Notes under the pieces: generated by a model | Told to the model about the DNA's origin: nothing | Database searches by the model: none | Seen by the model: the letters and a program-made list of their open reading frames with translations, nothing else | Program-made: the position numbers and the translations under genes | DNA from: Trueperaceae bacterium | GTDB lineage: Bacteria; Deinococcota; Deinococci; Deinococcales; Trueperaceae | NCBI GenBank assembly: GCA_965215565.1 | Contig: CBDCDZ010000004.1 | Coordinates: forward strand, 2,304,001 to 2,368,000 | Direction: 5' to 3' | DNA: 64,000 nucleotides | In this document: one piece after another, positions 48,839 through 57,553 of the stretch | How the letters are laid out: each line of letters starts with the position of its first letter | Position numbering within the stretch: position 1 is the first letter of the stretch

Positions 48839-49978
48839 TCACACAGAACCCGGCATCACTTCGGCCAGAACACGTTCGAAGCGCTCTACTGTCGCCTCGG
48901 GCGTGAACTGCGCGGCGCGGCGCGGTCCCCTTTCACGCAGCGTCTGTAGCCGCGCCGGATCGCACAGCAGCGAGCGGACGCCCTCGGCGAGCGCCGCCGG
49001 GTCTTCGTTGGGCACCAAGACGCCGTAATACCCGTCCTGCAAGACCTCAGCGGGACCGCTCGGGCAGTCGGTGGCAACCACGGGCGTACCGACGGCTAGC
49101 GCTTCGGCGATGACGCGGCAAAAGCCCTCGTAGCGCGAACTCGAGACGAACACCTCCGCCTTCTCCATCCAGGCGTACGGGTTCTCCTGAAAGCCCGGCA
49201 TCACCACGTCGTCCTCTAAACCGAGTTCTTGAACGAGCGCCACAAGGCGCGCTTTCGCTTTGCCTTGACCCACCAAGACGAGTCGGTGGCGCAGCGCCGG
49301 TTCACGTCTTTTAAGTTGCGCGTAAGCGCGGAGCAAGAGGTCGAAACCTTTTTGGTACTCGAGCCGCCCCACTGCTAAGATGTAGGGTCTGGCGGCGTCT
49401 GCTTGGGGCACGTCCTCCTGCGAACGCGCCTGCGTTTTGGCGATGTCGAGCGGGATATAGACGGTGCGGGTGCGCCCCTCTAGCTGCGGCACGAGGCGCG
49501 TGACGCTCTCCTTGATGCCTTCGGAGATCGCGACGGCGCGCGTCAGGTGCGGATAGATGAGCTTCGTCAGCGTCTTGTAGCGGGCGGGCATCTGGGCTAG
49601 GTGCTCGGGTAAGGAGTTGCGCACGAAACCCACCGAGGGCTTGCCCGTGAGCTTCGCGGCGACAATGGCGAGAAACGTCGGAGCCATCTCGAGCCCGCCG
49701 ACGATCACGTCAGAACGCCGCGCCGCGCGCAGAAGTTTGGCGAAAACCTGCGGGACGTGCTGCGCATTGGGTTTGCCCTCGCTCACGCCGTAGGTGACGG
49801 GCACCCCGGAAAGCAGCTCGTGCCAAGGCTCGTCGCGGCGCTCCAAGACGAAGAGCGCGGGCGCATAGCGCGCGGGGTCTAGGTGCTTCATCGTCGTGAG
49901 CGTGCTGAGGACCGCCCCGTTGCGCTGCAGCGCGCTCAGGATGAAGAGGACGCGAACTCTGCTTGTCTCAGGACCCAT
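48839..49978 (-). CDS. GT4 glycosyltransferase (paralog of 37880-39031)
   Basis: NGAVLS, NSLPEHL, VGRLEYQKGFD, SRYEGFCRVIAEAL. Confidence 0.93.
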   Translation of the reverse strand: MGPETSRVRVLFILSALQRNGAVLSTLTTMKHLDPARYAPALFVLERRDEPWHELLSGVPVTYGVSEGKPNAQHVPQVFAKLLRAARRSDVIVGGLEMAPTFLAIVAAKLTGKPSVGFVRNSLPEHLAQMPARYKTLTKLIYPHLTRAVAISEGIKESVTRLVPQLEGRTRTVYIPLDIAKTQARSQEDVPQADAARPYILAVGRLEYQKGFDLLLRAYAQLKRREPALRHRLVLVGQGKAKARLVALVQELGLEDDVVMPGFQENPYAWMEKAEVFVSSSRYEGFCRVIAEALAVGTPVVATDCPSGPAEVLQDGYYGVLVPNEDPAALAEGVRSLLCDPARLQTLRERGPRRAAQFTPEATVERFERVLAEVMPGSV

Positions 49979-49979
49979 C

Positions 49980-52115
49980 TTAAAAGCGCCGCCGCTTTGA
50001 AAAGAGCTTGCGCGACACGTTTTGAGGCAGCGTGAGCACGCGGAGCGCTAAGACCTTCTTCTCCCGGTTGAGCCGCTGCGCCTGCTCGTACACCCACAGG
50101 GTGAACTTAGCGGGCAGCCCGGAGAGCGCAACCGAACCCTCGAGCCACGAGAAACCCCAGGCGAGGTCCTTATAGAACAAGCTCGGCACCGTCTTTGTAT
50201 TTGCGGTGCGCGAATCCTTGACGCGCACCGCGACGTCTTTGGCAATCTTGTAGAGGCCAAAGACGCTCAGCGGTTTGGCGAGCTTGACCGCCCGGAGTTC
50301 GTTCGGATCGTCGCTGATAGGAGCCCAAGCGAGCGCCTTTGCCTCGCGGCGCGTCGGGTTGCCAATGAGCATCCCCGTGACGAGGTGCGCGCAGCGCTTG
50401 AGGTCATCTGCGCCCTCATGGACCAGGGGCATTTTAGCGAGTTCGGCGGCGAACGTCGTGACGGTGCGGTGCACCTGCTCTAAGAACGCTTCGCGCTGCG
50501 GGTACGGCTTGAGCTTCGAAAGAACCGGCTTGACTTCGCCGTCACGGTGCTCATACCCTCGCGTACTCCCGTGGTCCGCCATTGTGAAAATCTGATCGAT
50601 GAGCCCTTTATTCTGAAAGAGGTACTTGATGCCCGAACTCGCCACGCCCTGCTCGAACTCCTCCAACCAGAAGCCCCGCGCTTGCCCGTACTCGGTGGCG
50701 GAAAAGCGCGTTTTAGAAATCCCTAAATAGTAACCGAGTGTATGAGGTTGCCCCGCTCGCCCCAAAATCTTTCTGAACGACGCCTGTGTGCGCAGCGTCC
50801 AGCCGATGTCCACGAGCGCCCACTTGTCATCTCTCAGCAAGCCCTCTTGCTCGAAGTAGGCGAGCGCTACCTCCCTCGCCTCCTTCGCGCGCTTCAATAT
50901 GGCGGGGGCAACTTCGGGGTCGTAGATAAAGGCCCAAAACCTCGCTTCGCTCTCGTCGTCAAGCTGAGCGTCCCAAGTTTCAGGTGCGAAACCGTGTCGG
51001 CGGAGCGGTCCCTCTAAATCCTCCGGCTTGAGGTCCAAGCGCTTGAGGTTGTGCCGAGGCGCGGATGACTGACCTGTCAAGACGAGAAACGCTAGGTCAT
51101 CCCCCTCCAGTGACGCTACTGACGGCAGATACCAGGCTTGCCTCGAGCCGTAGAGGTAGTGAAGCTCGGGCGTCTCGAGCGTCTGAGCGAGTTCCTGAGC
51201 GATCTTGTGCATGATCTGCCCGTCTCTAGCGACGAAGTGCAACCGCTCGGTGCCCCGCTGCTTCGCGTCTTGCAGCGCCCAGAGGACGAAACTCGTCAGA
51301 AGCGGCGCGACGACGTTCGCGGCGATGTCGGTGACGGCGGTGTCGCCTTCGTCTTCGCACATGAGCCGCGCCGCGCGGCAGAGCCCGGCAAGTTGCGCGT
51401 AAACCCAGGGCGGCGCGTGCGAGTCGTCCAGAATGGCCCTTTCGAAGCGGTTGAGGTGCGACACGTCAAAAAGCTCCGCCTTGATACCCAGCTTGCGCGC
51501 CGCTAAAAAGTCGCCCACCATGCTGTCGCCGCAGTGGTGCAGGTCTTTCGCCTCGACGCCTTCGCGCTCTAAAACGTGCTTAAAAAGCTCGCCGGTGCGC
51601 TTGGTCATCTCCAACTCAGAGGAGACGTATAAGGGGTCATCCGCCGTCGCGACGCCATGCTCGAGCAAAACCTCTCGGATGACCTCTTCGGAAAGGTACA
51701 TGTCCGAGATGAACACGACGCGCTGACCCTCATCTTTAAGCTGCGCGACGCGCCGCTTCGTGCGGGCGATAGGGCGGAGCGAGGCTTTCTCTAAGCGCAC
51801 CTCTTCGGCGCGCATCCAGTCCGGTGAAATGCGCCACGCCTCCAACTCGGTGAAAGCGCTGTAGATATCCTCCAAGTTGATATCGCCTTTAGAGGTCTCC
51901 CGGTGCGCCCGCTTCTCGGCGGCGACACGCGCCTGCGCGAGTTCGCTCACCTCTTCTTGTCCGAACGCCTCACCACGACACGCGGTGAGGACCCGCCTTG
52001 CAAGCGCGTAGAAGAGGTCGGCGGGACGGGCGAACGTCCTGACGACGCACGTGTCGAAAACGTCGAAGGCGTAGACCTTCGTAGTGGAGGTGGGGTTCGT
52101 CGTGGAGTTCGTCAT
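49980..52115 (-). CDS. HAD phosphatase fused to a PRT-like domain; probable polysaccharide ribofuranosyltransferase
   Basis: FDVFDT, ISDMY, K, GDS...D (HAD motifs I-IV), then FVARDG, YGSR, LVDIGW; start probably ATG 52115. Confidence 0.75.
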   Translation of the reverse strand: MTNSTTNPTSTTKVYAFDVFDTCVVRTFARPADLFYALARRVLTACRGEAFGQEEVSELAQARVAAEKRAHRETSKGDINLEDIYSAFTELEAWRISPDWMRAEEVRLEKASLRPIARTKRRVAQLKDEGQRVVFISDMYLSEEVIREVLLEHGVATADDPLYVSSELEMTKRTGELFKHVLEREGVEAKDLHHCGDSMVGDFLAARKLGIKAELFDVSHLNRFERAILDDSHAPPWVYAQLAGLCRAARLMCEDEGDTAVTDIAANVVAPLLTSFVLWALQDAKQRGTERLHFVARDGQIMHKIAQELAQTLETPELHYLYGSRQAWYLPSVASLEGDDLAFLVLTGQSSAPRHNLKRLDLKPEDLEGPLRRHGFAPETWDAQLDDESEARFWAFIYDPEVAPAILKRAKEAREVALAYFEQEGLLRDDKWALVDIGWTLRTQASFRKILGRAGQPHTLGYYLGISKTRFSATEYGQARGFWLEEFEQGVASSGIKYLFQNKGLIDQIFTMADHGSTRGYEHRDGEVKPVLSKLKPYPQREAFLEQVHRTVTTFAAELAKMPLVHEGADDLKRCAHLVTGMLIGNPTRREAKALAWAPISDDPNELRAVKLAKPLSVFGLYKIAKDVAVRVKDSRTANTKTVPSLFYKDLAWGFSWLEGSVALSGLPAKFTLWVYEQAQRLNREKKVLALRVLTLPQNVSRKLFSKRRRF

Positions 52116-52289
52116 AGCGCTGCTCCGAGTGTACCCCGTAAGGCGGGGGTGTGCGTAGAAGAGGTGGTAGGTGGGGCGAAGATAACAGGAGACAACATCG
52201 CCTCCAAGTGTAGCGGAGAGCCTCGCGCTTGTCTGTGCTAATAGGCTCAACTTACGCGCTATGCGCCGTTTTATAGGGTAAGGTGAAGG

Positions 52290-52850
52290 GTGAACAGCGC
52301 AAACAGTAAAGAAGGGCTAGACGCCTTCGAAGAGCACGACCTCGGCACCTTGAGCGTCAAACTGCGCACGGATGGGTCTGATTCGGCTCATGATATTATT
52401 ATCCTTTCCGCGCCGAGCCGCGCGACGAGAGCCGTGTGGCTTTTCGGCGCGGCGGGCTGCCTGGTGTTCCTCTACTCCGCCGCGCTGACGCTGGGCTGGT
52501 TTACGCCCTCGCCCAACCTCTCGTTCGGCAGATTGCCCACGCTCCCCGAGACCTTCTTCTGGCTCTTGCCCCTCGTCCTCTGCGCCTTTTCACTCTCGCT
52601 GGCGGTGGGCGGCACGCGCGTGATTCTCTCTGGGGAGGGGCTCGAGCTGTCCGGCTTCTGGCCCAACCGCGTGAAACACGTCTACACCTGGTCAGACCTC
52701 CTTTTAGTGCGCTTCTGGGATGAACAAACCCGCAGCCGCGAAACGCTCTACGGCGTGCGCTTCCGCTTCAAGGGGGCGAATCTGACGCTTTTTGTGGGGA
52801 ATAAAAAGGTGTGGGAGGGGTTAAAAGAGAGGTTTGAAGAGGTTGGTTAG
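52290..52850 (+). CDS. Hypothetical membrane protein (2 TM plus PH-like tail)
   Basis: 186 aa; TAAGGT 5 nt before GTG. Confidence 0.7.
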   Translation: MNSANSKEGLDAFEEHDLGTLSVKLRTDGSDSAHDIIILSAPSRATRAVWLFGAAGCLVFLYSAALTLGWFTPSPNLSFGRLPTLPETFFWLLPLVLCAFSLSLAVGGTRVILSGEGLELSGFWPNRVKHVYTWSDLLLVRFWDEQTRSRETLYGVRFRFKGANLTLFVGNKKVWEGLKERFEEVG

Positions 52851-52877
52851 AGGGTGGAACTTGCGCCGTAATCGGCT

Positions 52878-52947
52878 TTTAGCTCTTAGCCTTTAGCAGT
52901 TAGCTTAAAAGCTCGTACTGAACGCTAATACCTAAAGGCTAATGGCT
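52878..52947. repeat. Inverted heptamer array (TTAGC/GCTAA type)
   Basis: TTAGCTC TTAGCCT TTAGCAG TTAGC...GCTAATA CCTAAAG GCTAATG; similar at 60162-60230. Confidence 0.7.
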
Positions 52948-52987
52948 TTACGCCTATTTGCCGAATTCAAGCACAGAGGAGACTACA

Positions 52988-53683
52988 TTGCCTAACAATC
53001 TCACTGGAATTATCGGCGCGATGCCCGAAGAATTAGAAGAGCTTTTAGACGTGCTGGAAAATACGCAAGAGGAACAAAGAGGCGCGTTTACGCTCTACCG
53101 GGGAACCTTGGATGGGCAAGAGGTCTTGCTCGCGGAGTGCGGCGTCGGCAAGGTCAACGCGGCGGCGCTGACGCAGCTTCTGGTTACGCAAGAGGTTGAG
53201 AGGGTTATCTTTACAGGCGTTGCGGGGGCGGTTGACCCAACTTTGAAAGTTGGCGACATCGTCGTGAGTACCGACGCGCTGCAACACGATACGGACGTGA
53301 CCGCGCTCGGCTACGAGTTGGGGCAGATGCCGGGTGAGCCGCTCGCGTGGGGGGCGGATGAAACGTTGCGCGACTTGGCATTAGAAGCCGCGCAGTACTT
53401 GGAAGAGGTCAAAGTCCTCGCCGGGCGCGTCGTCTCGGGTGACCAGTTCATCGCCGACGCGGATAAGGTAGCGCAAATACGTGAGACCTTCGGCGCGGCG
53501 TGCGCCGAGATGGAAGGGGCGGCGGTGGCGCAGGTGTGCGCGAAAGCAGCCATACCTTTTGTGATTATCCGCAGCATCAGCGATACGGCAGACCATGACG
53601 CGGAGGTGAACTTTCGGGAGTTTACGCCCTTAGCGGCGAAAAGGGCGAAGCGGGTGGTACGGGGGATGTTGGGGAGGCTTTAA
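52988..53683 (+). CDS. mtnN: 5'-methylthioadenosine/S-adenosylhomocysteine nucleosidase
   Basis: GIIGAM.EE, GVGKVNAA, TGVAG, SGDQFI, EMEGAA, RSISD.AD; TTG 52988 after AGAGGAG. Confidence 0.95.
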   Translation: MPNNLTGIIGAMPEELEELLDVLENTQEEQRGAFTLYRGTLDGQEVLLAECGVGKVNAAALTQLLVTQEVERVIFTGVAGAVDPTLKVGDIVVSTDALQHDTDVTALGYELGQMPGEPLAWGADETLRDLALEAAQYLEEVKVLAGRVVSGDQFIADADKVAQIRETFGAACAEMEGAAVAQVCAKAAIPFVIIRSISDTADHDAEVNFREFTPLAAKRAKRVVRGMLGRL

Positions 53684-53685
53684 CG

Positions 53686-54363
53686 TTATTCTTTGACAGG
53701 CGCTATACCCAGCAAGACGGTGAACTTCTTGTTGGACTTTTCTTCACTTGAGGAGGTCTGTTCGAGCCTCTCACAGAGCGCAATCATTTCGCGCTGCACG
53801 CGCTTAGCGTCCTCTTTAGAGAGCTGATAATCCCTAAATTCGATGAGGACGGCGGGTGTATGCTCCTCTTTCAGGTAGTTGAGGAGCGTTTTGGGGTCCT
53901 CCGTGCCGGGTCCGCTGTGATGAGCTATCTCGCCGGAGGGTCCTAGAACGTAGTAGTCGCCCTCGAACTCGTCCTCGAAGGGTCTCACCGTAGCAGCAAA
54001 GTGTTGGTTGAAGCGCTCGAGCAACGGTCCATATTGGCGGTCCATCTCGCCCGCGATATCGCCGCCGACAAGGTGCGCTTTGGGCACGAAGAACGTTTGG
54101 GCGATGCTCTGGTAGAGCTTGACCGCCTTGCCCCAACGCTTGCGCTCACCCGTGCAGGTGACGAGACCGAGCTTGAGGTAGCGCGTCACGTGGTAGTGGC
54201 AGCGTTTAGGGTCTTCGTCTATATGCCGCGCAAGCTCCCCGATAGTCAATGGTTCTCGCATCAGAGGAGATAACCGCCGCTGATGCTCCAAGTTTCCCAA
54301 AACCTCAACCGCAGTAGCGTCTGTTACGGTTTTCACGTCCCTATTCAGCTCTGTCTCTTTCAT
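53686..54363 (-). CDS. Winged-helix (ArsR-like) regulator
   Basis: TIGELAR...HYHV......GLV...GK.VKLY; divergent from the hydrolase. Confidence 0.8.
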   Translation of the reverse strand: MKETELNRDVKTVTDATAVEVLGNLEHQRRLSPLMREPLTIGELARHIDEDPKRCHYHVTRYLKLGLVTCTGERKRWGKAVKLYQSIAQTFFVPKAHLVGGDIAGEMDRQYGPLLERFNQHFAATVRPFEDEFEGDYYVLGPSGEIAHHSGPGTEDPKTLLNYLKEEHTPAVLIEFRDYQLSKEDAKRVQREMIALCERLEQTSSSEEKSNKKFTVLLGIAPVKE

Positions 54364-54483
54364 CCTGAATTGATTCTAAGCTAGAGTTTTATTAGAAATT
54401 CAATTTCAGTTCTTTGCGCCGCTGTGCGACAAGGGATAACGCGCTGCTGACTTGAGTGGGAGAGAAAAGAGAAGAGGTCAAAA

Positions 54484-55557
54484 ATGATTGTGAGGGCTCT
54501 AAGAGGTTTCGGCGTAGGTGTAGGCGTGCTCGCTATCTTGGTTCTAGCGGTCTTTTCAATGCTGAGCGCGATACGCGGACGAACCCCTGCCATCGCAGGT
54601 GAAAACAGCGTCGCGACGGTGGAGATGGTAGAACTCGGCGGCGTAGAACAGTTCGTAGTGACGCGCGGCGTGGACCGCAGCAAACCCGTTTTGCTCATGC
54701 TCCACGGGGGTCCCGGTCTACCCTCAACCCTGCTCAGAAGCCTCATGTCACCCGAACTGGAGGAAAACTTCGTAGTCGTTATGTATGACCAGCGTAACGC
54801 GGGGCGCTCGGAAAAGGGCAACATTGAGGACATGACCGTGGAGCGGCACGTCGCGGACGCCCTCGAGCTTACCGATATCTTGCGCAAGCGCTTCGCTCAA
54901 GAGAAAATCTACCTGCTCGGTCACTCCTGGGGTGCACACCTCGGTCTCTTCGTGGCGCAAGCTGCGCCTGAAAAGTACCACGCGCTCGTCAACACAGGGC
55001 AAGCGCTCGTTACCGACGTTTCAGAAATTTGCGAGGTGTTCATTCGCTCGAGTGTCATAGGCACAGCACTAGAGGAGGAATACATAACCGGGTTGCGCGA
55101 GCAAAGAGAGTTGCTCAACGATCTATGGCAGGAAGGTAACTGCGTCAATGAGGTCGTCGCACCTCTAGGGGGCGAGATTCATGGTGAGACGAGAGAGGCG
55201 CTCAGGGTACTGCTCCCCGCGATGCTGCGTGCTCCAGAGTACCGTCCTCTGGATATTTTGAAAATCATGCGCTTCAATAACGAACATCGGTGGGCGCTCA
55301 CGGATCAAGCCTTTGAATTGGGGACAAATGTCGCGGAACTCGGGCTGCCCGTCTACTTCTTCTTGGGACGCTACGACTACGTGACCCCTTCACTCGCTGC
55401 AGCCGAATTTTTCAACAACCTAGAAGCGCCTTCCAAAGAGGTTGTTTGGTTCGAGGAGTCCGCCCATTTCACCTTCATGGAGGAACCTGAGAAGTTCGCT
55501 CAGGAACTCGTACGGGTTAAGCGTGAGGTGCGGGCGGCTGAGGTGGCGCTTCGCTAA
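54484..55557 (+). CDS. Membrane-anchored alpha/beta hydrolase (prolyl aminopeptidase-like)
   Basis: HGGPG, YDQR..G.S, GHSWG, GRYD, SAH. Confidence 0.9.
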   Translation: MIVRALRGFGVGVGVLAILVLAVFSMLSAIRGRTPAIAGENSVATVEMVELGGVEQFVVTRGVDRSKPVLLMLHGGPGLPSTLLRSLMSPELEENFVVVMYDQRNAGRSEKGNIEDMTVERHVADALELTDILRKRFAQEKIYLLGHSWGAHLGLFVAQAAPEKYHALVNTGQALVTDVSEICEVFIRSSVIGTALEEEYITGLREQRELLNDLWQEGNCVNEVVAPLGGEIHGETREALRVLLPAMLRAPEYRPLDILKIMRFNNEHRWALTDQAFELGTNVAELGLPVYFFLGRYDYVTPSLAAAEFFNNLEAPSKEVVWFEESAHFTFMEEPEKFAQELVRVKREVRAAEVALR

Positions 55558-55583
55558 AGGAGCTGAACTCGGGCCCTACTGTC

Positions 55584-57443
55584 TCAGAGCTTCAACAGGT
55601 ATAAAAGCGCCGCCGCGTCCCACGCCTGCGGACGGCACGCCACCGGATAGGGCACGGGCGGCGCGTCTGTGCGTTCATATCCTGCGACGAGTTCAGGCAA
55701 CCGCTTATCTATTTGGCTCGCTGCTAGGTCAAACGTCGCTTCACGAATCTTGGCGACCTCTTCCGAGAAGCCGTAACGCGACAAGCCCCCTGCAATGAGC
55801 GCCGTGTCGTGCGGCCAGACCGAGCCGTTGTGATACGAGACGGGATTGTAGCGTTTCTCGCCCACGCCGAGCGTGCGAACGCCCCAACCTGACCAGTTCG
55901 TATCCGAGAAGAGGGTTTTAACTAATGCAGGCGCGACCTCTTCAGGCACGACGCCCGTCCAGAGGAGTTGCCCCGCGTCGGAGTTATGCACTTTGAGTGG
56001 ACGCTTTTCACCGTCTAGCGCCATCGCGTAGGTCTGCATATTCTCTAACCAAAAAGTTTCGTGGAACTTGGTTTTGAGCGCGTCGGCTTTTTCTATGTAG
56101 CGGCTCGAGCCCCCCTCATCCCCTAACTCGCTATAGAACGCAGCCGCAGCGCGGTACGCCGCGTAGGTGTAGCCCTGCACCTCGCTCACCGCCAACGCAC
56201 CTCTTGCCAACGCCCCGTCCGCATGGCTCATCGAGTCGTGCGAGTCTTTCCAGGACTGAACCGAGAGCCCTTTCGCGCCTTCGAAGTCCGCCACGCCCTG
56301 AAACTCCACAAAGCCGTCGCCATCTACGTCGCCGTCCTCTTGCAGCCATCTGAGCGCCGCTTCCCAATTTGCTCTCAGCTCTTCAACGAGGTTAAAGTCG
56401 CCCGTCTGCTGCCACACCTCATGGAGCAGCATCACAAAGAGCGCGGGGGCGTCTACGGTTCCATAGTAGGGACTATGCGGGGTTTGCTGCGTGCGCGTCA
56501 GCTCGCCGAAGCGGAGTTCGTGCATGATCTTGCCGGGGGCTTCGGCGCGAAAGTCGTCGTAGCTTTTGCCCTGATAGCGGGCGAGGTAACGTAGCGTGCC
56601 GCGCGCCACCTCGCTCTGATGAGGAAGCATCATGAACGCGGTTAGGAGCGCGTCGCGTCCGAACGCCGCGACGTACCAAGGAATGCCCGCCGAGGGATAG
56701 AGCCCGCATTCGGTGTAGAGCAGCAGGGCGCGGAGGTCATCCACTGCCTGGTCTAAGACCTCTTGGTGGCGTTCGCTTTTTGCTTGTAGGGAGAAGCTTT
56801 CACGCCACGATTCATACGAGAGGTCGCACGGCTCGCTCCTCTCTAAAGGGTTGTCTAAAGAGATTTGGACGCGCAGCTCTGAGCGCGCTTGAGGAGAAAG
56901 CTCGAGCCTAAAGACCACGCCTTCTTCGGTGCGCTTAATGGGTGCGGGCGAAACCTCGACAGAGGTCGTGAAGTCTAAACCGTCTTTTGCTCTATAACGA
57001 AACCTCACACCCTGTTCTTCTGTCTCACGAACGACGCTGTCACGCTCAGCGACGCGCCACGCCCGCGCTTCGAAGAGGTCCGCGAAGTCAGATTCAAGGT
57101 CTAAAGCAACCTCAATAGTCTGTGACTCTGAACTGGTATTTTGGAACTCGAGCACATCCTCCAACCCTTGCGCCGACACCTTCAAAGTGCGCTGCACGCC
57201 GACCATTTGCGACGGTCCCTCGATCTTCGCGTAATGAGCGCTGAACTGGTCCGGTCTAGCGCTATGCGTGAGAAGCGTCTGAAACGCCTTGTCAAAGCGC
57301 CAGGCGTAGCGGCTCAAGAAGCGTGTATCACGGTTGTAGAGCCCGTGTTCACTCTCTAAAACCTGTCCGTCTTCTCGCCCCACAAAAAAGGTGTAGTTCT
57401 CTTTTAAGACCAAATTGTCGTTCGTATCGCGTTCGATGTGCAT
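55584..57443 (-). CDS. Amylo-alpha-1,6-glucosidase / glycogen-debranching family protein
   Basis: DTRFLS, AGIPWY..FGRD, PGKIMHELR, QSWKDS, YHNGSVWPHD, RLPEL, PQAW. Confidence 0.92.
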   Translation of the reverse strand: MHIERDTNDNLVLKENYTFFVGREDGQVLESEHGLYNRDTRFLSRYAWRFDKAFQTLLTHSARPDQFSAHYAKIEGPSQMVGVQRTLKVSAQGLEDVLEFQNTSSESQTIEVALDLESDFADLFEARAWRVAERDSVVRETEEQGVRFRYRAKDGLDFTTSVEVSPAPIKRTEEGVVFRLELSPQARSELRVQISLDNPLERSEPCDLSYESWRESFSLQAKSERHQEVLDQAVDDLRALLLYTECGLYPSAGIPWYVAAFGRDALLTAFMMLPHQSEVARGTLRYLARYQGKSYDDFRAEAPGKIMHELRFGELTRTQQTPHSPYYGTVDAPALFVMLLHEVWQQTGDFNLVEELRANWEAALRWLQEDGDVDGDGFVEFQGVADFEGAKGLSVQSWKDSHDSMSHADGALARGALAVSEVQGYTYAAYRAAAAFYSELGDEGGSSRYIEKADALKTKFHETFWLENMQTYAMALDGEKRPLKVHNSDAGQLLWTGVVPEEVAPALVKTLFSDTNWSGWGVRTLGVGEKRYNPVSYHNGSVWPHDTALIAGGLSRYGFSEEVAKIREATFDLAASQIDKRLPELVAGYERTDAPPVPYPVACRPQAWDAAALLYLLKL

Positions 57444-57553
57444 AGATGTGCCTCACTGAATTTAACATGAGTTAGTTTGAAGTGACCACTTAACCTGATA
57501 AGCGTGTCAGCACTTCAGGCTTTTCCTACCTAGCCGAAGTGCTGACCAGCTTC

